Source: a virus (Duplodnaviria; Caudoviricetes). From it: a stretch of 57,801 nt of DNA. A program made the position numbers and the translations under genes. Shown one piece after another: positions 1 through 9,184 of the stretch (within the stretch, counting starts at the first letter, position 1; each line of letters begins with the position of its first letter). The DNA is taken from positions 1-57,801 of IMG/VR virus record IMGVR_UViG_3300032080_000129, one strand, 5' to 3'. The notes under the pieces are model-generated. The model saw only the letters and a program-made list of their open reading frames with translations. It made no database searches and was not told the origin of the DNA.

Positions 1-1272
1 CTATCGGGTTGCGCGGACGGTCTTCACTCGTTCGGCGAGGAACGAGTCGAGCTGCTCGCGCGCGCGATCCATCTCGCCCGCGAGGACGTGGGTGTAGCGA
101 TTCAGGGTGATCGCAGCCGCGCCTCGCTGGCGCTCCGGAGTGGAGTGCCCCATCCACTCGCTCGCCACCTTCGGGCTCACTCCGGCATGGTCGAGCCAGG
201 TGGCGCAGGTGTGCCGACACTCCTGGAGGTTGATCGGCACCAGAAGCTCAGGCCGGCGCTCTTGCTTGCGAGCGGTCTTCCTCTCGTCGGAGTTGACCTC
301 CTCCCAGGCTTCGCGGCAGCGCCGCAGATAAGGACCGGTAGCCATCTCGCCTGACCGAGAAGCACGCAGCGGCGGACAAACTTTGCCGGCGGTCGGTCGC
401 CCCTGCCGGAGGCGAGCCGTGCGGAGGATGATCAGCAATGGTCGGACGATGGGAACAACGCGCGTCGCTGCCTCCGACTTGCCGCCGCCGGCCGCCTTGT
501 CAGCGAGCAGAAGCAAGCGCTTGTCGAGATCGACCTCCGCCCAGGTCAATCGACGGATCTCCGCTGCCCGGGCAGAGGCGTAGGCAGCCAACGCGAGGGG
601 AACCTGGTCGGCGTCGTCAAGAGCCTTCAGCAGCCCTCTTAGCTCTCCGGGCGTCGCCACCCGATCTCGCGGGGTCGAGTCGTTAGCCGGCAACTGGACA
701 TGGGCGCCGGGGTCGGCCGTGGTGAACTCCCGCTGGCGCGCCCACCGATAGAGACTGTTTAGTGCGTAGACCCGTGAGCGGATCCGCGACGCCGAGATCA
801 TCCCCAGCCATTCGTCGACCGCGTGCTGAACGTCGCCGCCGCCGACGTCGTCCAGCCGCCGGTTTGACCACTCATCCGGGAGATGACCCAGCGTCAGACG
901 GAGATCCGCCGCGGCCTCATCGCGATAGGGCATCCCCTTCTTAGTCAGGGCCGTGCCATCGGTGACGGCGACCCTGAACCTCTCGATCGCCGTCTCAAGG
1001 CGCATTGAGGAGGTTCCAACCGGCCGCCCCATGCGGAGAGAGGCAGCTAGATCGGCCCGAGCGTTGCGCGCCTCGACGGCTTTGGGATGGTGCTGCGTCT
1101 TCCGGGTTCGCTTGAAGCGCTTGTCGTAGACGACGCCGAAGTAGGAGGGCCTGCAGTCACACCGGCCATCCCTCCGGCCTTCGCTAAGCGCGACGCTCAG
1201 CGCGCAGCCTTCGCGATGCCTGGCGTAGACCCCTTGGAACTTCGTCTTCGTGTCTCGGCCGGCCACCTTCAC
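1..1272 (-). CDS. int: Tyrosine recombinase (phage integrase)
   Basis: Catalytic motifs ARAAEI (R), GKS (K), QECRHT (HxxR with H->Q), MGHS, RYTH (Y). Start taken at the GTG overlapping the xis stop (GTGA); the track start at 1287 is also possible. Confidence 0.95.
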   Translation of the reverse strand: MKVAGRDTKTKFQGVYARHREGCALSVALSEGRRDGRCDCRPSYFGVVYDKRFKRTRKTQHHPKAVEARNARADLAASLRMGRPVGTSSMRLETAIERFRVAVTDGTALTKKGMPYRDEAAADLRLTLGHLPDEWSNRRLDDVGGGDVQHAVDEWLGMISASRIRSRVYALNSLYRWARQREFTTADPGAHVQLPANDSTPRDRVATPGELRGLLKALDDADQVPLALAAYASARAAEIRRLTWAEVDLDKRLLLLADKAAGGGKSEAATRVVPIVRPLLIILRTARLRQGRPTAGKVCPPLRASRSGEMATGPYLRRCREAWEEVNSDERKTARKQERRPELLVPINLQECRHTCATWLDHAGVSPKVASEWMGHSTPERQRGAAAITLNRYTHVLAGEMDRAREQLDSFLAERVKTVRATR

Positions 1273-1454
1273 GCGGCAGCCTGACACTTCTGCGCCTGAT
1301 CATCCACCCACCTCTCGAGATCCCGGGGCCGATAAAGCCGCAGTTGCCCGGAATAGACGCAGGGAAGGTGGGGCTGAATGTGCCGCTCGAAGTGCCGCAG
1401 GCTCACCCCGCAGTTTTCCGCCGCTTCCTTGCGCGTCACGAGAAGTCGCCCCAC
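1269..1454 (-). CDS. xis: Excisionase-like HTH protein
   Basis: LLVTRKEAAENCGVSLRHF...RLYRPRDLERW pattern; directly upstream of int. Confidence 0.85.
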   Translation of the reverse strand: MGRLLVTRKEAAENCGVSLRHFERHIQPHLPCVYSGQLRLYRPRDLERWVDDQAQKCQAAA

Positions 1455-1457
1455 GCT

Positions 1458-1610
1458 CTACTCCATCCCCTCAGACTCAGTAGAGGTGGCTAGGGCTAGC
1501 TCCGTTGCGAGATCGTTCCAGGCGTCCTGCTGCCGGTCATGGAGGTCAAGCCACGTCGGGGGGATCGCCTGTAGGCGGCACCACCGTTCGTAGAGCTCGC
1601 GCCCGGTCAT
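1458..1610 (-). CDS. Small hypothetical phage protein (50 aa)
   Basis: ATG at 1610 preceded by GAAGGAAG; ATGA overlap with the upstream frame. Confidence 0.65.
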   Translation of the reverse strand: MTGRELYERWCRLQAIPPTWLDLHDRQQDAWNDLATELALATSTESEGME

Positions 1611-1817
1611 GCTTCCTTCTTCCGGGTCCGCAGTTCCTCGACCATGCGCTTTGCGGTCGCGACGTGCTGGCGACAGGGGTAGAGGTACTGTGCGGTGCCG
1701 ACCTTCTTCCCGGTGCGGTAGATCTCGATGGCCTCGACGCCCGGCCTCCCGCACCAATCGCACCTTCGCTCGGCGGGGGGGGGCAGGTTTACCGAGATGT
1801 GCGCCTCCCAGGCTCAT
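1607..1817 (-). pseudogene. Small Zn-finger-like protein (CDWC...CRQH) frameshifted at a C9 tract
   Basis: Removing one C from the run at 1775-1783 gives MSLGGAHLGKPAPPAERRCDWC...PCRQH...KKEA*, with ATGA overlaps at both ends. Confidence 0.65.
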
Positions 1818-2344
1818 CGCCCCTCACCGCTCTCGCTCGACTTGGATTTGCTGGGTGAGGACCAGATGACGAGGCAGCAGCCGAAGGGGGGGCGCGAGTT
1901 CGGAGCGACCGAGTCAGCCCCGGGCGGGATGAAGCGCATGCGGCCGGGAAGGAACTCGACCGTCAGAGAGCCGTTCCGCCTTCCGGGCTCGATGAGCGTT
2001 TGCCACCAAACCTGCTCAGTCCGGTTGGCGGGGAGCAACATCACCACGAGGTCCGCGCCGGAGTCCCAGGCCTTTTCGACCCACGGGGCGATGTCCGAAT
2101 ACGGCGGATTGCACCAGACCCTCTCGCCGCTCCAGTCCTGCGCCAAGCCGTCGTCCTCGAGCGTGTAGAAGCGAGGAAGCTTCGCGTTCTCCTTCGAGGC
2201 CGCCACGTCGACCGTGAACCGGAACCGCTCGTGCAGGGGTGCGAAGACCTCGGGCGTCGTCTCCCGATCGTCAACGAAGGGGTTGGCCCCCCGCTTCCCT
2301 ACCTGCTGGCGGTGGTTTCGGGCTTTGAAGCCGACGAGGCTCAC
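1814..2344 (-). CDS. Phage DNA N6-adenine methyltransferase (Dam-like)
   Basis: DDRETTP, DVAA, DGLAQDW, VWCNPPYS motifs. Confidence 0.92.
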   Translation of the reverse strand: MSLVGFKARNHRQQVGKRGANPFVDDRETTPEVFAPLHERFRFTVDVAASKENAKLPRFYTLEDDGLAQDWSGERVWCNPPYSDIAPWVEKAWDSGADLVVMLLPANRTEQVWWQTLIEPGRRNGSLTVEFLPGRMRFIPPGADSVAPNSRPPFGCCLVIWSSPSKSKSSESGEGR

Positions 2345-2628
2345 CCCTGCTCCCCCTTTGAGTCACCGCTCGACTCCAGTGCTTCTTTACCTAGCTGGGT
2401 GAGGCGGTGGACTTCGCAGGGGCCGAAGTAGCCCTCTGCTTTGCGGGCGGACAGATGCCCCGAGGCAACCAGCCGCTCGATTCGTAGCCGTGCGTTCTTG
2501 AGGTAGATGTCCTGCGCCAAAGCGAGGTGCCAGACCGTCGGTTCTTCCTGCATCTCGTCGCCGACGTAGACGCTTTCGAGGCTCGAAACGATCCGCAGCG
2601 TCTCTACCTGGCTCGGTCGAAGTGCCAT
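2341..2628 (-). CDS. Hypothetical protein, possible winged helix
   Basis: Coupled to neighbours; ends HRLTQLGKEAL like a wHTH wing. Confidence 0.6.
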   Translation of the reverse strand: MALRPSQVETLRIVSSLESVYVGDEMQEEPTVWHLALAQDIYLKNARLRIERLVASGHLSARKAEGYFGPCEVHRLTQLGKEALESSGDSKGEQG

Positions 2629-3050
2629 CAGTGGTCACCGCCTGACTTGCTGGGTAGAGAGTCGGCGAAGTCAGAGAGGCGCTGCGACAGGGACCGGGCG
2701 TCGTCTTCGCCATCGCCGAGGACGTAGGGCAGGCACCGCAGAACTAGGCCAATCTCCTTCTCGCTGAGGAGGTTTGGGGGGGTCGCAGGGCGAACGCCCG
2801 CCTCCCGCTGCTTGTCGATCGCGTCCATGCGCCACTCGTTGATCTTGTCCTCCTCAACGACGCCCGCTAGCTCGGGAGGCAGAGCGCGCTCAACGTCTTC
2901 GACCGCCTCCGCCAGCATTTCCATCGTCGGGGCGGCGTTCGGTTCCGCACTCAGCGCCTCGGAGAGGATCGGCAGGATGTAGCGGAGCTCGAAGGCCCGC
3001 TGCGCAGACATTCGAATCGTCACCTGCTGCATGGGATCGAACCCGCCCAT
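2628..3050 (-). CDS. Hypothetical phage protein
   Basis: TGATG overlaps on both sides. Confidence 0.7.
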   Translation of the reverse strand: MGGFDPMQQVTIRMSAQRAFELRYILPILSEALSAEPNAAPTMEMLAEAVEDVERALPPELAGVVEEDKINEWRMDAIDKQREAGVRPATPPNLLSEKEIGLVLRCLPYVLGDGEDDARSLSQRLSDFADSLPSKSGGDH

Positions 3051-4042
3051 CAGCCCTCACCGCTCTTGTCGTCTGAGGAGGGCTGGGTAAGGGGATTGCA
3101 GTTGGAGCAGGCGGCCCATTCGGAGCCTTCCCAGATGACGCCCTGCTCGCATTCCTCGCACTCCCGGTCGCGGGCCTCCAAGGTCTCGACGTGCCAGGGG
3201 TCGCTGCTGCCTCCATCGCGGGCGCAGATCCCTTCCGGCTTCGCGGGGTCGGTCGAGGCGCAGGTCGGACAGTGCCCCTCCTCTACCCCGCCTTCCTGTC
3301 CATCGGAGGGCTGCTGGCGGCCGTACTCGTTGACAGGGTGATCCGGGTGGTCCGTGCAGCCAGGGCAGCCGCTCGTGCTGAGGTTGCCGCCGTGGACGCA
3401 GCGGGTCGCCGGCAGTTTGCATTCGTCGCAGAGCCACCGGGTGTCATCGCAGGTCGAGCATCCGGGTTGATGGTTCCCATCCGAATCGGCGCTGACGGGA
3501 GGTGCCGAGGTGGAAATGGAGACCTCGGCATGGAGCTCGGAGCCTCCGTGCCTGTCCCCACAGGTGTCAGCGCCGACTCCGACGGGTCGCTGGGAGAAGT
3601 CGTAGAGTGCGTCCGAAAGCTCAACCGTCAGCAGGTTCCGGGAGAGCAGGAAGTTGTTCAGCCCCTCCCTTACCTGCTCCAGCGTGTACCTCGGCTCCTC
3701 CTCTACCTGCTGGGGAAAATGCGTGGAGCCCTGATTGAGCCGGGCGGTTTCGCCAGGCATTCCCGCTTTCGCGGCCTCCTCGGCAAGCTCCTCGCTCGCG
3801 TCCACCACCACGGCGGTGAGCCTGTCGACGTTGGCTGCTTCCTCTACCTGTGCGGTGAAGTAGCGACGGAGCATCGGGAGGGCGTCCTTGATTCCTTGGC
3901 GCCATCGCGCTTTCTCGTCGGGGCTGGCTTCCTCCCAGATGCCAGGGAAGCGGTCCTCCATCGCGCCCTCCATTGCCTTCTTCGCTGCTCCATCCAGGAT
4001 GTGGAAAGGGACCTCCTCGGTGATCTGCTGGGGGTCGGTCAT
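3050..4042 (-). CDS. Mosaic hypothetical protein with several CxxC modules
   Basis: 330 aa; multiple CxxC pairs separated by repeated QVEE / GGVEEG / TQP linkers. Confidence 0.7.
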   Translation of the reverse strand: MTDPQQITEEVPFHILDGAAKKAMEGAMEDRFPGIWEEASPDEKARWRQGIKDALPMLRRYFTAQVEEAANVDRLTAVVVDASEELAEEAAKAGMPGETARLNQGSTHFPQQVEEEPRYTLEQVREGLNNFLLSRNLLTVELSDALYDFSQRPVGVGADTCGDRHGGSELHAEVSISTSAPPVSADSDGNHQPGCSTCDDTRWLCDECKLPATRCVHGGNLSTSGCPGCTDHPDHPVNEYGRQQPSDGQEGGVEEGHCPTCASTDPAKPEGICARDGGSSDPWHVETLEARDRECEECEQGVIWEGSEWAACSNCNPLTQPSSDDKSGEG

Positions 4043-4278
4043 GCTGCACGCTCCAGTTCGGCGACGGGCTGAATATGGGCGCGCTGGAAGTAGCCGATGT
4101 AGCGGGTGTATGCCGGGGGGATCGCCTGGGCCAGGCCCTCGACCGTCATCCAGTCAATGCCCATCGCCTCGCGCCATTCCTCAGCACCGTTGGCCCGTCC
4201 AAGCTCCCGCTCCCTGCCCTTGGTCGCCCCACCCTGCTTGCAGTAGGCATCAACGAGAATCAGCTTCCCCTCAGCCAT
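4039..4278 (-). pseudogene. Internally deleted DNA cytosine methyltransferase-like gene
   Basis: N-terminal LVDAYCKQGGA (motif I-like) joined directly to C-terminal AMGIDWMT...AIPPAYTRYIG; no PC catalytic motif. Confidence 0.7.
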
Positions 4279-4520
4279 TACGGGGTCTCCTCGTGCTGGG
4301 TAGTGGTGGTAGCTAGCTCAGGGCGGCAGGTCTGACAGAGGCGCGGCGCGAGCTTCCAAGCGTCCTCGCCGGTCCAGATCGTGTACTCGGTCTGGTCGGG
4401 AACCAGGCGCCCGCAGCGGGTCCGCTCGACGGCCGGGTAGTCGCTTCCGTCGGCCATGTGCAGACGAGAGAAGCCGCGGTACTTCTTCAAGTGCCAGACG
4501 ACCGCACGCTCAGCCATCAT
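4278..4520 (-). CDS. Hypothetical protein (H...TRCG...CQTC)
   Basis: Coupled ORF; start chosen after GAGGGG. Confidence 0.6.
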   Translation of the reverse strand: MMAERAVVWHLKKYRGFSRLHMADGSDYPAVERTRCGRLVPDQTEYTIWTGEDAWKLAPRLCQTCRPELATTTTQHEETP

Positions 4521-4881
4521 CTCCATCCCCCTCACCTGGAAGGTCAGTCCAAGGACTGGTGAAGGTGCTGCCATCTGAGAAGGTGGCGATGGCGCGGGAC
4601 TGGAGCCAGCACGCCTCGATGTGGCAACCGGCCTCTTCGGTCCCTCGCACGATTTCCTCGGCGAGCCGGCGGTCCTTCGTCCCCCCGCCCGGAACGACAT
4701 TGGGCTGGTGCGGGTATTTGGCGACCACCCGGTATTCGGTGACCTCCTCTACAGGTGGAGAGTCGAGTGCGGCACGGAGGACGGTGAAGACCTGGCTGCG
4801 GGCGAGTTGCTGGGAGCGACCAGCGCCCCTCAGTGCCTCCTCGGCGATCTCCTGATCCAGCCGGAGCACCAGGTCAGCCAC
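4510..4881 (-). CDS. Hypothetical phage protein
   Basis: GTG after AAGGGAG; overlaps neighbours. Confidence 0.6.
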   Translation of the reverse strand: MADLVLRLDQEIAEEALRGAGRSQQLARSQVFTVLRAALDSPPVEEVTEYRVVAKYPHQPNVVPGGGTKDRRLAEEIVRGTEEAGCHIEACWLQSRAIATFSDGSTFTSPWTDLPGEGDGDDG

Positions 4882-5179
4882 GATCGCTCCCTTCCTTGGC
4901 GAAGTCGGAGAGGCGCTCCAGTAGGGCATCCATGGCTCGTTTCTCGCCAGCGGTTGCGGCGCCGATAGTCAGCAGCCGCGCCTCCTCCTCGCTCAACACG
5001 TTCGGCGAGTCGGCGGGGATGTAGCGCTCATAGCCGCGCATCTGCCCGTGCTTGCTCTCGGCGCCCTGGCGGTCGGTGGCATAGACGGCGGGGCGTCCGT
5101 CGGGTTCGCCGAGCGGCCGTGGACCGAAAGCGACGAACGCCTCCCGCTTCATCCCCTTGTTGCTCTGCTCAGCGGGCAC
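4874..5179 (-). CDS. Hypothetical phage protein
   Basis: Coupled ORF in the leftward array. Confidence 0.6.
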   Translation of the reverse strand: MPAEQSNKGMKREAFVAFGPRPLGEPDGRPAVYATDRQGAESKHGQMRGYERYIPADSPNVLSEEEARLLTIGAATAGEKRAMDALLERLSDFAKEGSDRG

Positions 5180-5393
5180 GATCCTCCAATCGGGCGCCGA
5201 CGATGCGAGCGGAGTGACCGGCGATGGCCCAGGCGTTATCTGCTTCGCGAACGCCGATGCCTAGGGCGACCTCGCCCCGGATCTGCTCCTGCAGGATCTC
5301 CCAGAGGTCCAGGTCGTACTCCTCCAGCGAGGCTCGCATCCCCTCGGTACTGATCCCCTCGACCGCGATTTCAAGCACCAGTCGCTCAGCCAC
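5169..5393 (-). CDS. Hypothetical phage protein
   Basis: Coupled ORF with RBS. Confidence 0.6.
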   Translation of the reverse strand: MAERLVLEIAVEGISTEGMRASLEEYDLDLWEILQEQIRGEVALGIGVREADNAWAIAGHSARIVGARLEDRAR

Positions 5394-5610
5394 GTCCCTC
5401 TCCTTTGTCCTCGGTGTGTGCCGGGAGTTCGCCGTCTTTCCTCAGCGAGGCGCGGCAGTGCTGGCAGGTGACGATCTCGGGCGAGGAGTGATTCGCGACC
5501 TCAACCCAGCGGTTCGTGCTGGATAGGGCGCCGCAGAGAGTCAGGTCGAAGCCCGGAGCCGCGTGGATCTTCCGAGACGGTCGATATTCGACGGTGCGGA
5601 TCGAGGCCAT
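5386..5610 (-). CDS. Small Zn-binding-like hypothetical protein (H..TLCG..VTCQHC)
   Basis: Coupled ORF; Cys/His pattern. Confidence 0.6.
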   Translation of the reverse strand: MASIRTVEYRPSRKIHAAPGFDLTLCGALSSTNRWVEVANHSSPEIVTCQHCRASLRKDGELPAHTEDKGEGRG

Positions 5611-5711
5611 TAGCGCGGCCCTCCGAACGTCCAGAGCGTCAGTCGCACCCAGCCGTAGAAGATCGCCAAGCAGACCGGCAGCGCTATGGCCAGTTCAACG
5701 GCCGGACTCAT
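5610..5711 (-). CDS. 33-aa single-pass membrane peptide
   Basis: MSPAVELAIALPVCLAIFYGWVRLTLWTFGGPR; ATGA and TAATG overlaps fill the gap exactly; below the track cutoff. Confidence 0.6.
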   Translation of the reverse strand: MSPAVELAIALPVCLAIFYGWVRLTLWTFGGPR

Positions 5712-5989
5712 CCCTGGCCCTCGCTATCGGTGGAGGGGAAGGCGGCGTCGAGGGCTGCAGCGATGCCCTGTTCAACGATGGGGCGGTAGTGGTCGGCGGT
5801 GAAGTCGTCGTAGACAAGCTCGGCGGCCTCTGCGGCAGCTTTGAGCGCTTCCTTGCTCTTCAGCGAATTTCTTACCTCGCTGAGGGCGACGACCTCGACC
5901 CGCTCACTCTCGGCTAGCTCTGACCCCTCGCATCGAAATGGTCCGTGGTCGAACCGAAAGCCGAGGCCGGTGATCGTCCATCGCCTCAC
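5708..5989 (-). CDS. Hypothetical phage protein
   Basis: GTGA overlap. Confidence 0.6.
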   Translation of the reverse strand: MRRWTITGLGFRFDHGPFRCEGSELAESERVEVVALSEVRNSLKSKEALKAAAEAAELVYDDFTADHYRPIVEQGIAAALDAAFPSTDSEGQG

Positions 5990-6348
5990 GACTTATCCTC
6001 CGATTCCGGGGGGAACTGCTCAATGGCACGAGCGACGCCCTCCGCAATGCGAAAGGTGCGTAGCCGCTTGTCGATCCGGCGCTCGCCCCTGGCCTGCTCT
6101 TCGAGGTCCGCTTGCAGCTTCTCCAGCCGTTCACGTAGCTCCCGGACGTAGGAGGAGCCGGGGAGGAGCGGGGTGAGGTCAGCGAGGAAACTCCGGGCGT
6201 GGTCGAGCTTCGACGCGCGTTCCTCGTCGCTCAGCTCCTCCCAGCTCGGGAGGTTGTCAGCGAAGGTGCGCAGCGACCAGAACTTCTTCGCCAGCTTTTC
6301 GACAGCCTCCTGTGGCTCGGCCGGGGACTGCTTGCCGGGGGCGGCCAT
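5986..6348 (-). CDS. Hypothetical coiled-coil protein
   Basis: Coupled ORF; PSWEELSDEER motif. Confidence 0.65.
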   Translation of the reverse strand: MAAPGKQSPAEPQEAVEKLAKKFWSLRTFADNLPSWEELSDEERASKLDHARSFLADLTPLLPGSSYVRELRERLEKLQADLEEQARGERRIDKRLRTFRIAEGVARAIEQFPPESEDKS

Positions 6349-6485
6349 CAGAGCACCCCCAGTTCGCTCAGGATTACGCCGACCGGGAAGGCGACAAGGA
6401 CGATGACGATCAGGCCGATCAGGAACGCCCGGACGAAGTTGACGGGATCAGCGAGCCAGCGGTCGAAGTCGTCGCGCCAGTTCAT
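6348..6485 (-). CDS. 45-aa membrane protein
   Basis: MNWRDDFDRW...AFLIGLIVIVLVAFPVGVIL; overlaps at both ends. Confidence 0.6.
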   Translation of the reverse strand: MNWRDDFDRWLADPVNFVRAFLIGLIVIVLVAFPVGVILSELGVL

Positions 6486-8428
6486 CGGCCGTCCTCCTGC
6501 TGCTCGGCCTGTACCACGACCCGAAGAAGCTCACGCGCAGCCGGTAAGTCGTCGTCTTCACCTCGGTCGCGTATCGCTCCGAGTAGAGCCTGAGCATGGT
6601 GCGCCCGCAGCGGCGTGAGCAAGACGATGCCTCGACCCGGCTCGTCTCCATTCCGTAGCTCTTCGAGTCGTCCATTCTCATTGCGCTCGAACCAGAGTGG
6701 GTGATCGCAGTCCTGTACCTCGACCTGTGGTGAGGGAGGCTGGGTCGAGGCGGCGGGTTCATCGCAGCGGTCGCAGCGTTCTTGCTTGGCGCAGTCGCAC
6801 TCGGGCGTCTGTTTCGGATCTCCCGAGGCGTCAAGCCAACGGCGGGTCCGTTCGTAGGCAGACATCTCGCCCTCGTCAGCGATCCCCTCCTCCACCCCGC
6901 CGCTGTTCCCCGCCGCTTCCTTTTCGGCGAGGGCCTCGAGGAGGTCGGCGGTCGCTCGGCGAGCCGTGTGAAGGTCGGCAGCGTCGTCGGTCCCGAGGGC
7001 TCCGGCGATCGCGATGGCGAACCGACACAGGTTGCCGCTGTTCCCTGGTACTGGCTGGGTGGCCGGACGTAGGACAAGCTCCAGCCCCATCCGCTCCGTC
7101 GCTGCGGCGAGGTGCTCGCCCTGGTCGGCGAGATCTTCCACGTCCCTTTCGACGCGGCCGATCAGGTTCTGGCGCGTTTCGTTACGGTCGTCCCTGCCGA
7201 AGAGCGCAGCGACCCGGTGAGTCGGAAAGACGACCTTCTCCCCGCTGTTCCCCGGTGACTCGGGCTGGGTGGAAGCGGTAGTGACGAGACGCGCCAGAAC
7301 GCCGCGCACGTACTCCTCGCCCTCTTTGGTCACATAGCAGAAGCCCTCGTCGGTGATGTCGCGGCCGGTCGCCAGCAGACCCTCGTCCTCAGACTCGTCC
7401 GCCGCCAGGTCGTCGGGGAGAAGCCCGTCGTCGTACCAGCCGAGCGCCAGCACCTTCAGCGCTTTCGCGACCTCCTCCCCCAGTAGCTCGGGGGTGGACT
7501 GGCAGTCCGACCGAAGGTGGGGGCGCAGCTTGCCGATGATGTGCTCGAAGGCAAGGCACACCCCTTTCTTGCCAGGCGTCCCCCGTATCTCTTCTACGGT
7601 GCGTTCCAGGTCGGAGATGACGTCGACCACAGCCGCCTCCAGCCCGCACCGTGGTACCTCAGGGTCCGCCTCGGGCTGGGTAAGGAGGGTGGAGACTCGG
7701 CGCAGGTAGGCAGAGTCGTGCCGGAGCGCTTCACGGGCGAAGAACTCGATGCCCTCGTCCTTCGAAAGCACCTCCAAGGTTCCGCCGATCCGGTGGAGTT
7801 CGTCGCCGAGCTCGTTAGCCAGGAGCGCGAAGCCCTCCTCCCCGTCCTCCCCTACCTCAGGGTCCTGCTGGAGCGGGGTGGAAGAGGCCTGGGGAAGGGC
7901 CTCGCGGAGTTGGTCAACGAGTTCGCCGAGTCGATCGGCTTCGGACTCCAGTCGCTCCTTTTCCCGAAACTCAGACGGGGTGATGTCAGTGCAGTTCTCT
8001 TCTTCGGCGAGCCCGGTCGCGCAACTCCGGCGACGACAGACCTCCTCGTCAAGCTCCTCGACCACCTCCCTTACCTGTTTGTCCCTCTCAGAGAGAGCGG
8101 CACCGACGGAGGCGATTACCTCGGCGCCACCTTTCGCGAGCTTCAGGGCTTCAGCTAGAGCGGCCTCGGCTTTCTCGGCGCGGTCCTCCATCCGCCCGTA
8201 GGCGAGCTGGTAGCGATCGGCGTGCTTGCTCTGTTCGTCCCGCTGGCGCTCTACCTCACCTAGCTTCTGTTCGGCTTCTTTGAGGTAGTCCAGCTCGACT
8301 AGAACGGTGCCGCTCTCCGGCAGCGGGTACATGCCCTTCGGGAGCAGGTGGTACGCGCTGCCGGCGCCGACGAGTTCGAACTGCTGGAGCTCCGGTACCG
8401 TGCCCTCCTGGCTCTGGGGGTTAGACAC
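6482..8428 (-). CDS. Large modular hypothetical protein (about 648 aa)
   Basis: Start at GTG 8428 after AAGGAGG; modules separated by repeated TQP / GNSG / DPEV linkers. Confidence 0.75.
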   Translation of the reverse strand: MSNPQSQEGTVPELQQFELVGAGSAYHLLPKGMYPLPESGTVLVELDYLKEAEQKLGEVERQRDEQSKHADRYQLAYGRMEDRAEKAEAALAEALKLAKGGAEVIASVGAALSERDKQVREVVEELDEEVCRRRSCATGLAEEENCTDITPSEFREKERLESEADRLGELVDQLREALPQASSTPLQQDPEVGEDGEEGFALLANELGDELHRIGGTLEVLSKDEGIEFFAREALRHDSAYLRRVSTLLTQPEADPEVPRCGLEAAVVDVISDLERTVEEIRGTPGKKGVCLAFEHIIGKLRPHLRSDCQSTPELLGEEVAKALKVLALGWYDDGLLPDDLAADESEDEGLLATGRDITDEGFCYVTKEGEEYVRGVLARLVTTASTQPESPGNSGEKVVFPTHRVAALFGRDDRNETRQNLIGRVERDVEDLADQGEHLAAATERMGLELVLRPATQPVPGNSGNLCRFAIAIAGALGTDDAADLHTARRATADLLEALAEKEAAGNSGGVEEGIADEGEMSAYERTRRWLDASGDPKQTPECDCAKQERCDRCDEPAASTQPPSPQVEVQDCDHPLWFERNENGRLEELRNGDEPGRGIVLLTPLRAHHAQALLGAIRDRGEDDDLPAARELLRVVVQAEQQEDGR

Positions 8429-8648
8429 GGTCGGCCTCCTTTTCTTCGACGGCCGTGATTGCGATGTCGGCGGCTTCTTTCCATTCGGCCGCGGTCTCGG
8501 TGCTCTCCCACATGCGGCGCGCGGTCGCCCAGACACGGGCGCGAAGCTCGGCGGGGACCATGTACCAGTGCTGCTTGCACATGAGCTGGCCGCTGCGGCG
8601 TCCTTTCGGGCAGCCGTCGATCGGGCAGCGGTTCGGGTTCTCAGGCAT
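8421..8648 (-). CDS. Small Zn-finger-like phage protein
   Basis: CPIDGC...MCKQHWYMVP. Confidence 0.7.
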   Translation of the reverse strand: MPENPNRCPIDGCPKGRRSGQLMCKQHWYMVPAELRARVWATARRMWESTETAAEWKEAADIAITAVEEKEADRV

Positions 8649-8904
8649 TCGCGATCAGCCCCCAGACCCACTCGGCGAAGTGCTCGCCTGGAACGGTGTA
8701 GGTGCCGCCGTCCGCTCGCGCGAGGGTCACGAACGAGCCCTTGGCTTCGACCTCGCCGCGGAACTCCTCGAAGTCGAACTCCTCGTGCTCGTCGGGCGAA
8801 GCGAACAGGTAGCCAAGGGCCTCGGCGGTCGCCCGGCTCAACCGGTGTTCCATTCGCTCCTCAGCCTCTACCTGCTTCTGTACCTGGCTCTGGTCAGGCG
8901 GCAT
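8641..8904 (-). CDS. Hypothetical phage protein
   Basis: Coupled ORF. Confidence 0.55.
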   Translation of the reverse strand: MPPDQSQVQKQVEAEERMEHRLSRATAEALGYLFASPDEHEEFDFEEFRGEVEAKGSFVTLARADGGTYTVPGEHFAEWVWGLIANA

Positions 8905-9184
8905 CGCGGGCCTCGACTTTGCTGGGTAGGGTCGGGGCAGCAAGACGAAAGCAATCCTCGATTCGCTCGACGCCGATGAGTTCGTCTAACGCCGCCATCA
9001 CGGAAGCCGCGGACCGACCGGAAGCCGCACAGATCGCCGCAACGTCCAGAGGGGTGTCAACGTCTGCTAGGGCATCGAGGACCGCCGCCCTCCGGCTGGC
9101 CCGCAAACGCTCTGCCTTGGTCGGGCCGGTGCGAACGCGAACGACCGGCACCTTCTCCACCTGCTTCTCAGGGCTAGTGGTCAT
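8894..9184 (-). CDS. Putative HTH DNA-binding protein
   Basis: AVLDAL...LDVAAICAASGRSAASVMAALDEL; AAGGA RBS. Confidence 0.6.
   Translation of the reverse strand: MTTSPEKQVEKVPVVRVRTGPTKAERLRASRRAAVLDALADVDTPLDVAAICAASGRSAASVMAALDELIGVERIEDCFRLAAPTLPSKVEARDAA

Noticed and set aside
8429-8671. N-terminal extension of the 729-aa ORF
   Set aside because: Overlaps the coupled 8421-8648 gene; RBS supports a start at 8428
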